DNA from: Minisyncoccota bacterium
GTDB lineage: Bacteria > Patescibacteriota > Minisyncoccia > Phycocordibacterales > CALRHW01
Direction: 5' to 3'
Length of the DNA: 64,000 nucleotides
Assembly: GCA_046350795.1 (NCBI GenBank)
Contig: JAXLZT010000001.1
Coordinates: 309,780-373,779 of the forward strand
Shown: positions 17,990-28,900 of the stretch, one piece after another
Position numbering within the stretch: the stretch's first letter is position 1
Layout: each line of letters opens with the position of its first letter
Notes under the pieces: generated by a model
The model's database searches: none
Seen by the model: the letters and a program-made list of their open reading frames with translations, nothing else
Told to the model about the DNA's origin: nothing
Translations under genes and position numbers: made by a program

Positions 17990-18901
17990 ATGAATAACGA
18001 GCTCTATTTTGAAGGAAAAAAGTACATCTCGGCTAAACGAGCTTCTGAATTATCTGGCTATAATTCGGATTATATCGGACAACTCTGTCGTGGGAACAAA
18101 ATTGATGCTAGACGTGTCGGAAGGGGTTGGTTTATTGGAGAAAATTCTATTTTAGAACATAAAAAAAATGCTTCAGAAAAAGTGAGAGGAACCATATCTT
18201 TTCCACCAACAGTAAGCCACTATTTTGATTCAATTTCTGAAAAGGTAAATACTCCCGATCCATCTCATCTTTCTCTGTCCTCTATCTTTGATCCAAAGCT
18301 TAAACAAGCATTGTTTTATTTAGCTCTTGTTCCTTTTGTATCAGCGATATTTTTCTTAGTTAGTATTTCTTATAACAAAAGTTTTCAAGCAAATGTAGCA
18401 GTGGTTTCTGAGAAAATAGTTTCTTTTCAACAAAATCTTGTAGCCAATACAGCGTCACATGTGACTGACTATGTGACACTTGTTGATCAATCATCAGATG
18501 CTTCTTCAGTGAATAAAACATCTTTTGTGATAGGAAAAATTTTTGGCAGTATAGCAAAATCTTTTAATCGCTTGGCTTTGGGTACATATCGTTTTGTGTC
18601 AGCATTGTTTAACTTCGATACGGTAAACACTTTTGTGATGCGTGACACAAATCATTTTGATGGTGTCGCGGATACCGGTACTACAAAAGATTTGGGTGAT
18701 GGTCGTATCGGCATAGTGACATCTCCAAGTACCGGTAATTCAATGGCAGATGAAAGGCTTAAACAAAAAATTAAAGATTCATTTTCAGATGAGACAAAAG
18801 TATATCCAGATGACACAGGCACATCTGGTGTAATAAAGCCTGTATTTAAAAAATCATCTGATCAGGATTATTTGTATGTGGTGGTACCAGTGAGTCCGTA
18901 G
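17990..18901 (+). CDS. N-terminal HTH + single TM + extracytoplasmic domain protein
   Basis: 'YISAKRASELSGYNSDYIGQLCRGNKIDARRVGRGWFI' resembles a MerR/Xis-type HTH; TM 'ALFYLALVPFVSAIFFLVSI'; start set at ATG 17990. Confidence 0.7.
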   Translation: MNNELYFEGKKYISAKRASELSGYNSDYIGQLCRGNKIDARRVGRGWFIGENSILEHKKNASEKVRGTISFPPTVSHYFDSISEKVNTPDPSHLSLSSIFDPKLKQALFYLALVPFVSAIFFLVSISYNKSFQANVAVVSEKIVSFQQNLVANTASHVTDYVTLVDQSSDASSVNKTSFVIGKIFGSIAKSFNRLALGTYRFVSALFNFDTVNTFVMRDTNHFDGVADTGTTKDLGDGRIGIVTSPSTGNSMADERLKQKIKDSFSDETKVYPDDTGTSGVIKPVFKKSSDQDYLYVVVPVSP

Positions 18902-18996
18902 TTTATGTTTATTCTCGGTGCTCTATTTTAGAGCTTCGAGAATAGGTTTAAACCTATATAAAGGTCGACATTAAAAAATAAAATTATTAAAAAGTT

Positions 18997-19674
18997 ATGA
19001 GAAAAATAAATGTAAGACAATCAATAGCCACAAGTTTCTTCATTACTCTTACATTGGCGTTTGGTTTTGGGATTATAGAACCAGCGATTACGAGAGCTAT
19101 TGAAGATCAGTTTACTATCACACAGACAATCACTTCAGAAATTTCATTCGTTACAACAACAAACGATGTGGTGATGTCAGGTTCTATTGCCGGTCTCACT
19201 GGAGGTGTGGCATATGGATCTACTACCGTAAGAATCTTTACCAACGATAATGCAGGATTTACTGCAACAATAAAAGCAAGTAGTTCTCCTGCTATGCAAG
19301 GAAATTCTCAAGGTGGAAGTATAGCTGATTACACACCAGCTGTAGCTGGTATACCAGACTATGCGTATTCAGTACCTACCGGCGAAGAGTTTGGATTTAC
19401 TGTGTCAGGAAGTTCTACTTCTTATATGGCGCAAAAGTTTCTAGATAATGCTTCTAACGCATGTAACTTTTCTGGGGGATCTGATACAGGTTCTTCAGCA
19501 ACATGTTGGATGGGTCTATCAACTGTAGCTACTTCCACTCTCGTATCTAATACATTTACTGCTGCTTCAGGTGCAACATCAACATTTGTATTTAGAACAA
19601 CTGTAAATTCTGGTAGCTCACTTCCAGAAGATACATATGTAGCTACAACGACAATTACAGCTACTACAAACTAA
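18997..19674 (+). CDS. Secreted WxL-like/pilin-like beta protein (subunit 1)
   Basis: Signal peptide; Thr/Ser-rich; 'NACN...TCW' Cys pair; C-terminal strand 'EDTYVATTTITAT'. Confidence 0.6.
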   Translation: MRKINVRQSIATSFFITLTLAFGFGIIEPAITRAIEDQFTITQTITSEISFVTTTNDVVMSGSIAGLTGGVAYGSTTVRIFTNDNAGFTATIKASSSPAMQGNSQGGSIADYTPAVAGIPDYAYSVPTGEEFGFTVSGSSTSYMAQKFLDNASNACNFSGGSDTGSSATCWMGLSTVATSTLVSNTFTAASGATSTFVFRTTVNSGSSLPEDTYVATTTITATTN

Positions 19675-19683
19675 TTAATTCCG

Positions 19684-20649
19684 ATGAAAGCAAAACAAAA
19701 AAAATACATATTCAGATTGGCCGTTTCAGTCATTGCTATTGTTCTTTTTCTTGTGTCAAAGGGTTTTGTTTCTGCTTATGTGATAGAAACAATTCCTGGA
19801 CAAGATGTATTTGGAGACTTTGTTGCCGGTCCTGGAAAAGTTGAATTAGAAGTAAAACCAGGAGAAAGTGTGACAAGGAATATTACAGTGACAAACAGAA
19901 TGGGCGACACACGTTTTTTCAATTTAGATGTAGAGGATTTTACTGGCTCTAGTGATACAGAGACACCAGTAGTTCTCCTTGGTGATGAAAAGGGACCATA
20001 TTCTCTAAAAGATTATATTTCTTTTCCAGAAAAAACATTTGAATTGAAGCATGGTCAACGTGCTGTCATACCTGTAACAGTATCTGTGCCATCAGATGCA
20101 CAGCCAGGTGGTCTATATGGTAGTGTCCTCTCAAGTACTGTTTCAAAGCCAGGACAAAATGGTGGTGCAAAAAATTCCATTATTGCTCGTATAGGAACAT
20201 TGTTTTTTGTTACTGTACCTGGTCCAGTGAATCATGAGGGATCTCTTAAGGAATTTTCGACAAAGGGTTTGCAAAAGCTCTTTGGGTCTGGACCTATAGG
20301 TTTTAGATTACTTTATGAAAATAAAGGAAACGTTTACGTGAATCCATCAGGAGAAATTCGTATTCGTAATCTGATGGGAAAAGAAGTTGCAAACATTGAG
20401 GTTGAGCCTTGGTTTGCAATGCCAAACTCACTTCGTTCACGCGAGGTAGAGTGGAAAAGTTCTTTCTTAATTGGAAAATACACCGCAACAGCATCTATAG
20501 ATAGAGGATATGACAATATTGTAGATACAATGGAGTTTTCTTTTTGGGTTATCCCAGTAAAACTCTTGGCTCTTTTTGTTGTCGTGCTCGCAATATTTAT
20601 TTTGGGCGTAAGATTTATAATCACTCGATTTGAGATCAGGAAGAAGTAA
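19684..20649 (+). CDS. DUF916/DUF3324-like (WxL-interacting, chaperone-like Ig folds) membrane-anchored protein
   Basis: 'ELEVKPGES..NITVTN', 'VSVPSDAQPGGLYG', 'ENKGNVYVNPSGEI', 'GKYTA', C-terminal TM after 'FWVIP'. Confidence 0.65.
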   Translation: MKAKQKKYIFRLAVSVIAIVLFLVSKGFVSAYVIETIPGQDVFGDFVAGPGKVELEVKPGESVTRNITVTNRMGDTRFFNLDVEDFTGSSDTETPVVLLGDEKGPYSLKDYISFPEKTFELKHGQRAVIPVTVSVPSDAQPGGLYGSVLSSTVSKPGQNGGAKNSIIARIGTLFFVTVPGPVNHEGSLKEFSTKGLQKLFGSGPIGFRLLYENKGNVYVNPSGEIRIRNLMGKEVANIEVEPWFAMPNSLRSREVEWKSSFLIGKYTATASIDRGYDNIVDTMEFSFWVIPVKLLALFVVVLAIFILGVRFIITRFEIRKK

Positions 20650-20651
20650 AA

Positions 20652-21419
20652 ATGTCTAAGACAAAGATTTACATTTCATCATTTATCTTAACAGTGCTTT
20701 TTGCTTGGATTATTTCTGAAAAAATTTCTTTTGCTCAAATGACCGGTACTGCTTATAAAATTCAAAGCGACAGTATAAATTTTGGAGGAGGGTATTCTAC
20801 TTCCACTACTTATAGAGGAGAAAGTACTTTAGGAGAAATGTCTACAGGAGACTCGGAGAGCACAAACTACAAAATGTATGCTGGTTATCAGCAGATGCAA
20901 AGGGTATATATCGCCATCTCTGCTGTGTCAGATGTGACTATGAGTTCAAGTCTTGGCGGTATTACTGGAGGTACTTCAAATGGTTCTACAAATGTGACAG
21001 TGACTACAGATAGTCCGTCAGGATATCAACTCACTATTACAGCTAGTTCATCACCAGCCTTGGTTTCTGGTTCAAATAGTTTTGCGGATTATACGGTGGG
21101 TACACCTGGTACCCCTGATTACAATTTTTCTGTTCTCGCTACTGATTCTGAGTTTGCTTTTTCTCCAGAGGGTACAGATATTGCAAACAAGTATAAAGAT
21201 AATGGCACAAATGCTTGTAACACTGGATCGAGTGACACAGCAGATAAGTGTTGGGATGCACTTTCTACAAGTGCTCAGGTTATCGCAAATAGAACTTCTG
21301 GTAACCATCCTTCCGGTACGGTGACCACTATAAAGTTTCGTGCAGAGTCTGGTGCATCACATTTACAGCCAGAAGGTGTTTACACAGCCACTACTACCGT
21401 AACAGCATTACCTCTATAA
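20652..21419 (+). CDS. Secreted WxL-like/pilin-like beta protein (subunit 2, paralog of 18997)
   Basis: Shares 'GG.TGG...GST.V...TD...G', 'ASSSPA', 'NACN...CW' and 'Y.ATTT.TA' with 18997. Confidence 0.6.
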   Translation: MSKTKIYISSFILTVLFAWIISEKISFAQMTGTAYKIQSDSINFGGGYSTSTTYRGESTLGEMSTGDSESTNYKMYAGYQQMQRVYIAISAVSDVTMSSSLGGITGGTSNGSTNVTVTTDSPSGYQLTITASSSPALVSGSNSFADYTVGTPGTPDYNFSVLATDSEFAFSPEGTDIANKYKDNGTNACNTGSSDTADKCWDALSTSAQVIANRTSGNHPSGTVTTIKFRAESGASHLQPEGVYTATTTVTALPL

Positions 21420-21424
21420 AAATA

Positions 21425-22984
21425 ATGACTAGGTTTATCAAAATAATCTTTATAGCAATAATAGCATGTGGTTTCTTTTCTTTTACTCATGCAGCAGAAG
21501 ATACATTTCAGATAACCCAGACCATTATTAGTTCGGATTCAACAGCTCCTTCTGTGCCGACAAATCTTGTAGCTACTGCAGTATCTAGTTCTCAGATAGA
21601 TCTTTCATGGACAGCTTCTACGGATGTTGTGGGTGTCACGGGATATCAAGTATTTAAAGATTCAGTTTTTCTCGCTACATCTACTGGTACAACATATTCA
21701 AGCACAGGACTTTCTCCAGAAACAGCTTACACATACACAGTGACCGCGTTTGATAGTTCATTAAATATATCTGCACAGTCAAATCCAGCCACAGCGACCA
21801 CTCTAGCAGTAGAGGTTGCTCCTCCTACTGATACGGGCGGTAGTAGTGGAACACAAATGTTGATTCTTCTAAATCTCACAGTTGAACCCTCTCTGTACGG
21901 TTCTCTTATACAGTTTGAGACCAATCTGTATTCTCAGGCGGTAGTTTCTTGGGGGCTCACTCCAGATTATGAAATGGGAAGTCTAGCAGAGCAGTCTCTC
22001 ATGACAAATCACTCTATTAATATAGAGGGGCTCACTCCAGGTACTCTTTACTACTTTAAAATAGATCTCACTGATAATTTTGGACGGAAGCTTTCTCTAA
22101 ATAATCAGACATTTACTACAAAGTCTTTGCCGGATACTACGCCACCACAAAACGTTACAAATCTGTATGCGATAGGAAATGAGCAGACCATCAATCTATC
22201 ATGGAACAATCCAAACCTTGATTTTGATGAAGTACGTATTGTGCGTTCAGACAAATTTTATCCACAAGATTTGTTTGATGGAAAAATAATATACGAAGGT
22301 AGTGATGAGCAATTTCCAGATACAGACGTTATATATGGAAAATGGTATTACTACACACTCTTTGTAAAAGATTCCTTTGGCAACTATTCATCTGGAGCGG
22401 TGGCAAAAGCGAGACTCTATAAGATAGGTGAAAAAAAAGAAGAGGGAAATCTGTTTGAAGATATAAAAGAAATCGCAGGGGCGCTAGTCCATCCACTTAT
22501 AAAAGGTTTGACACTTCTTGATTTGGATTTTTTCCAAAACGGAAAAAAGCTCACTGTAAATTCAAATACTGTAGAGATACAGGGAGACAGAGAGTTAAAA
22601 ATTTCTCTAGCATACAACAAAGTGCCAGAAATTTTAAAAACCATTGCTCTTACTATGAGAGATCCGGATGATAAGACAAAAACTTTTTCTTTTCTACTCC
22701 GGGTAAACAAAGACAAGACAGCGTATGAAGCGACCATTGCGCCTCTCGGCCGATCAGGCAACTTCGAGTTTGGTATTGCTATCCTAGATCACAAAAATCA
22801 GGGATTAAAAAAACTAGCCGGAGTCATTGTGTCACTAGTGCCACATCTCGGGCCAGAGACAGATATTTCTTGGGTAATGTTTATTGAATGGATAAAAAAT
22901 AATTTTGCGACAATCATTGTTACATTGCTTCTCATTGTCTCAATTTACTTTGGTTTTAGGTTTGCACGTGCACTTAAAAAATAA
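21425..22984 (+). CDS. Fibronectin type III repeat surface protein with C-terminal TM anchor
   Basis: 'APSVPTNLVATAVSSSQIDLSWTASTD', 'GLSPETAYTYTVTAFD', 'GLTPGTLYYF', 'DTTPPQNVTNL'. Confidence 0.85.
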   Translation: MTRFIKIIFIAIIACGFFSFTHAAEDTFQITQTIISSDSTAPSVPTNLVATAVSSSQIDLSWTASTDVVGVTGYQVFKDSVFLATSTGTTYSSTGLSPETAYTYTVTAFDSSLNISAQSNPATATTLAVEVAPPTDTGGSSGTQMLILLNLTVEPSLYGSLIQFETNLYSQAVVSWGLTPDYEMGSLAEQSLMTNHSINIEGLTPGTLYYFKIDLTDNFGRKLSLNNQTFTTKSLPDTTPPQNVTNLYAIGNEQTINLSWNNPNLDFDEVRIVRSDKFYPQDLFDGKIIYEGSDEQFPDTDVIYGKWYYYTLFVKDSFGNYSSGAVAKARLYKIGEKKEEGNLFEDIKEIAGALVHPLIKGLTLLDLDFFQNGKKLTVNSNTVEIQGDRELKISLAYNKVPEILKTIALTMRDPDDKTKTFSFLLRVNKDKTAYEATIAPLGRSGNFEFGIAILDHKNQGLKKLAGVIVSLVPHLGPETDISWVMFIEWIKNNFATIIVTLLLIVSIYFGFRFARALKK

Positions 22985-22987
22985 AAA

Positions 22988-25900
22988 ATGAATTTCATTA
23001 TTAAAAACATAATAAAAGCAAGACGTCTTTTCAAAAAGAGCGTTGTTGTTTTTGTGGTGTTTGTAATGGTGATCACTCAGATTTTTGCTGGTGGAATTGT
23101 TTTCAAAAACAATATTGCAGAGGCGGCGATAAATAAACAGATTAATTATCAAGGAAAACTTACAAATACAAGCAACGTGGCTGTGGCAGACGGCACATAC
23201 CACATGAAGTTTTATCTATATACTGTGGCGACGGGCGGATCACCTGTATGGACTGAGGATAGAAGTACTGCTGTCGGAGATCGTGTGGCTGTTACTAACG
23301 GTTTGTTTAGTGTAATGCTCGGTAGCTCTACACCGCTTACTAGTGTTGATTTCAATCAGACTCTTTATCTTGGCGTAGAAATAGGTGGATCATCAGGTTC
23401 TCCTTCATGGGATGGCGAAATGACTCCTAGAAAAGTAATAGGCGCAGTACCCGCTGCTTTTGTGGCTGATACTCTAGACAATATTTCAAGCGAGCAGTTT
23501 TTGCGAGCTGATGCAAGCAATTCAACATCTACCGCTACATCATGGCTTTCTTTTGTACAAAACGGTGCTGGCAAGATAGCTGAATTTTTTGGTCCTAGTT
23601 CTGCATCTGTGCTTTCTATATTAAGTGGAGGAAACGTTGGTGTGGGCACATCATCTCCATATTCAAAACTTTCTGTGGCAGGAAATGTTGTTGCAAATAA
23701 TTTTTATGCAACCTCATCTAATTCTTACAACTATTTCATGGGCACAACTACAGTTGGTACGCTTAGTCCTTCTTCAAAACTCACCGTATCTGAGGGTAAT
23801 TATCTGGTAGAAATAGCTGATTTGGATGATCAGAGGGGTCTGCATGTTTCTGATGGAGGTAACTCTGCAAGTATAGTAGACTCATCAGCTGGCGCTGGAA
23901 TAAGTGCTACAGGTGGCACCTATGGAGTGTTGGGTTCAAATAACTCTGCTAGTGGATATGCGATTTTTGCACAACAAGACAATTCTGCTGGTTATGGAAT
24001 CTGGTCATCTGGTGGTCAAAATTATTTCCAAGGAAATGTTGGTATTGGAACATCTTCTCCTTATGCGCCACTTTCTGTACTTGGTCAAATAGTAGGATCA
24101 TATTTCACAGCCACAACATCTATAGCATCTACATTCCCATATGCTTCATCTACTGCGCTCACCGTATCTGGCACAGGATATTTTGGGACTGCTTCAACAA
24201 CAAACCTCACCGTTTCTTCAGCACCAAACTGTAGTGGATCAAGTGCTCTAAATACAAATTCATCAGGAGTAGTGTCCTGTGGAGCTATTACAGGATTTTC
24301 TACTTTCTCTTATCCTTTCACTTCAGCCACAAACTTCGGAGTAAATACTTCAGCTACATCTACAGCACTCTGGGCACAAGCTGGTATATTTGCTTCTTCT
24401 ACTTCGTATTTCCCACTAGGTACTTGGAGATCAGATGGTTTTGTGGGTATCGGCACATCTTCTCCTTTGTATACTTTGCATGTTGCTTCTACTACTAGCG
24501 CTACCACAGGTGTGCAGGATGTGATGGCTGTAGAGATTACTACTTCTGGAAACCCAGCTGCTGGTTTTGGTCCAAGTATTCTTTTTAAAGATGCTGGTGC
24601 AAATGCAGATCACTTGGCAAGAATAGCAGCGGTGTATGAAGCGATTTCTGGTGGAGGTGGAACAAAAGGAGGAGCGCTTTCTTTCTACACAAATCCTTCT
24701 GCTACAGCCGGATCAGCAAATCTTGCTGAAAGAATGAGAATTTCTCTTGATGGTAACGTCGGCATCGGCACCACATCTCCATACGCAAAACTTTCTATTG
24801 TAGGTCAGGTAGTAGGTGCATACTTCACTGCAACAACATCTACAGCTTCTACATTCCCATATGCAAGTACTACTGCTTTGACTGTCTCTGGTACTGGATA
24901 TTTTGCTGGATCTGGTATTTGGAATTCTTCTGGTTTCCTTGGTGTGGGAACTACATCTCCATGGGCACAGCTATCAATTAATCCAAACGGTATTGGTTCA
25001 GGTCCATCATTTGCGATAGGTTCTTCTACAAAGACGGATTTTATTGTTTTAAATAATGGTCGGGTTGGTGTAGGTACTACTTCTCCAGCTGGAACATTTG
25101 CAGTGCAAGGTAAAACAGGTGGATCTAACGGTTTGGGCGCTGGTGACAATATTTTCTTGACTGCTGGTACTGGAAATATCGGTAAGGGTGGAAAAGTTAT
25201 TATTACTGGAGGTTTGGGTGGAACAACTGGACTCAACCAAGATGAAGCTGGGGGAGATATTTTGATTACTGCTGGAAGTGCTAATTATGTAGATGGTGTA
25301 GGTAATGGTGGTAACGTATTTATTGATCCAGGTGCAAATTCACCAGGCGGTATTATTGGAAATATTCTTCTCGCTACTACAAATGCTGGCAACGTCGGCA
25401 TCGGCACCACATCTCCGTATGCAAAACTTTCTGTCGTTGGACAAGTCGTTGCGTCATACTTCATCGCAACATCATCTACAGCGTCTACATTCCCATATGC
25501 AAGTACTACCGCTTTGACTGTTTCAGGAAGTGCGTACATCGGATCTCTCAATGGTCCACTTCAAGCAAACAACGGTCTTGTATCCGCAACATCTTCAATA
25601 GGTGTACTGTATGGTGGCACAGGACTTACTTCTGCTCCTTCATATGGTCAGCTTTTATTGGGAAATTCTTCTAGTGGTTACACACTTACCGCAACATCAT
25701 CTCTCGGTCTTTTGAGTAGTTCTGCCATAGGTACAGGATCTATTGGTCAATTTCCATATTATGCTGGATCAGGAAACACACTCACTGCAACATCAGGGGT
25801 AATCATTAATACTTTAGGAAACGTTGGTATAGGTACTACTTCTCCCGCTAATTCTTCAAAGCTTGGTGTCGCGGGTAATACATTTATTGGTGGCACTCTT

Positions 25901-28900
25901 ACTACGACCGGTGCGATTACATCTGGTGCTGGTATTAGTTTGACTGGCGATATAAATATTAGTGCTGCGACAAATAGATCAATAACTGCAAGTGGAGATG
26001 GTGTTACAGCCGGATCTTTCACTATTCAAGGTGTAAACTCTTTCGGCTCTGCGCCAGGCTCATTAAAATTGATAGCTGGAAGTGATGGTGACACTGCAAA
26101 TGCTGGTGCAAATATTTATATAAGTGGAGGAACTGGTTCTAGTGATGGAAATGTAATTCTTGGGCACAATGGTTCTCAGAATATTGGCAACGTTGGCATC
26201 GGCACCACATCTCCATATGCAAAACTCTCCGTCGTCGGCCAAGTCGTTGCGTCATACTTCACAGCGACATCATCTACAGCGTCTACATTCCCATATGCAA
26301 GTACTACAATGATCACTGCTACCACAGCAAGTACTACCAATCTAACAATCTCAGGTATATCAGGTTGTAGCGGATCCAACGCTCTTACTACAAATTCATC
26401 TGGCGTCGTAGCTTGTGGAGCTATTTCAGGGGGTGGTGGAACATTCCCATTCACACCTACAACAAACTTCGGAGTAAACACTTCAGCTACATCTACAGCA
26501 CTTTGGGCACAAGCTGGTATATATGCTTCTTCTACTTCTTATTTCCCACTAGGCACTTGGAATTCATCTGGATCACTTGGTGTAGGTACCACATCTCCTT
26601 GGGGACTTTTGTCTGTTCAGGGTCTGTCAGATATTCCTCAGCTTGTTGTAAAAGCAAACAGCACACAAACATCAAATCTCTTTGAGCTAAGAAATAGTTC
26701 TGGATCGAGACTTTCTAGTATTAGTGGTACTGGTTATACATTTAAAGTGAATGAGACTGGTGCTGTGACTACAATAGGTGGATATCCGGGCAGTGAATCT
26801 ACTTATTCTGGCGTTTGGCTAGCGCAATCTTCTCCAAGTGGATCAAATTATTCTTTGTTAGCTGATACTTCTGATACTTACATTAATGCGCCAGTATCCA
26901 ACTTAAGATTCCGTATTGGTAATAGTGAAAAAGTTGTAATTTCTGATTCTTCTGGATTTACTGCGTATGATATTTATTCAACAAACGGTGCTATTTTAAC
27001 AAATAGAAGTGGACAATTTTACATAGACAATTTAAATGCATCTGGGGATATTATTATGCGTCCAGGAAATAAAACAGAAAGTGCTAGATTTACATATGGT
27101 GGTTTTGTGGGAATAGGTACCACATCTCCATGGGCACAGCTTTCTATAAATTCAAACGGTATCACTGGTCCATCATTTGCAATCGGTTCTTCTACCGCAA
27201 CATCTTTCTTGGTGGATAATGGCGGTGGTGTGATGGTGGGTACAACAACACATCTATCTACAGATAAATTGGCTTTAAACGGTGGAAATTTTTATATTAG
27301 AAATCTTACACCACAGTTTGTGTTGCGAGATACCGCGGTTAATGATCAAAACTTTGGAATGAGAATGCAAAGTGGTACGGCCTCATTCTTTAGAGCAAAT
27401 AACGACAGTTCACTTTCTGCTTTCTTGCTTGGTATGGATGTAAATAATGCATACACAGGATTTGCTACATCAGCGCCAAAGGCTCGTATATCTTTGTTGC
27501 GTGGCACAACTGCTGCTGAAGGTATTAATTTTGGAGATGATGTTAATTTATACAGAAGTGCTGCAGATTCACTTAAGACAGACGACAACTTTTATGTAAG
27601 CACAGGAATTGTGCTTGAGGCGGGTTCAAGTGGTCGCATTTATGCAAACGGAGGTTTGGTAAATCTTTCTAGTGCAAGTAATTCACGCGTTCGTACTACA
27701 GATACAGGTGTGGCAATAGATAGAGATATCGCAGATGGTTCTACAGCGCTTTATGTAAAACAAATCAATGCTAGTGCTACAGGTAATATATTTGAATTGG
27801 CAAATAGCTCTGCGACTACAACTGTATTTACTCAGGCTGGTTTGCTTGGGTTGGGTACTACATCTCCATTTGCAAAGTTATCTATTCATTTAAAATCTAC
27901 TGAAACATACGGAAATATTTTTGCTATTGCTTCTTCTACAGCGAGCGCAACCACAACACTATTTACTGTATCCAACACAGGAGTAACAACCATAGGTGAT
28001 TCTGCTGGTACTGGAGATTCAAATATGCAGTTTGCAAATGACAATGATGCATGGTCAATAGGTTATTCTTCTGCAAATAAAGCGTTTAACATAGCATCTT
28101 CTACTTCTATTTCTACAAACGTTGGATTTACAATAACAAAGGGCACTTCTTTGGCGGTTGGAATTGGTACTACCACACCGTGGAAAGCTTTTTCTGTAAA
28201 CGGCGCCGTTGGTTTTGATGGTCTTACAAGCTCTATAGGAGCCGGATCACTTTGTCTAACTTCAAATAAAGAAGTTGTTTACAATTCAGGTACAGATGCA
28301 TGTTTGTCATCTCTACGCAGTACAAAACACGATATCACAGCTCTTCAGGTAGATGCTTTGTCTTTGATTAATGGTTTGGAAAGTGTGTCTTTCGTATACA
28401 ACGATGGCGATGGTCGTGTCAGATATGGATTTATTGCTGAGGATACTGCAGCTGTAGATCCGCATTTGTCTACATATAATGAATTCGGTAATTTGAGTGG
28501 TATTGATGATCGTGCTATTGCATCTATTTCTGTAAAAGCTATCAAGCAACTAAATATAAATCTAGAGAGCCTGGCTAGTTCAACCCTTGTTTTCGATGAA
28601 GATGCTGTAGAAGGTTCATCAGCTTTCTTTGCTAAAAAGTTCTTCGACAACGTCTTTGCGCGTGTTACAGAATTTTTTGCTGATGCTACAAATGGTGTAG
28701 GAAATATGTTTGCGAATGTATTTATGGCAAAAGAGAAAATCTGTGTTGATGATCAATGTTTGACAAAAGACGATGTAAAGAAGCTTTTGATTATGGTTAA
28801 TAATTCGAATTTTAATAATGAAGATGGTGAAGATGAGGGTGGTTCAAATGGTCACGACAATAGCTCTGGTTCGCCTGTTATTAAATTAAATGGTGAAGAG

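Noticed and set aside
24329-26561. Near-identical 100-bp repeats as a DGR template/variable pair
   Set aside because: Mismatches (T/C, C/T, T/A, G/T, T/C) are not adenine-specific, both copies are coding, and there is no reverse transcriptase in the window
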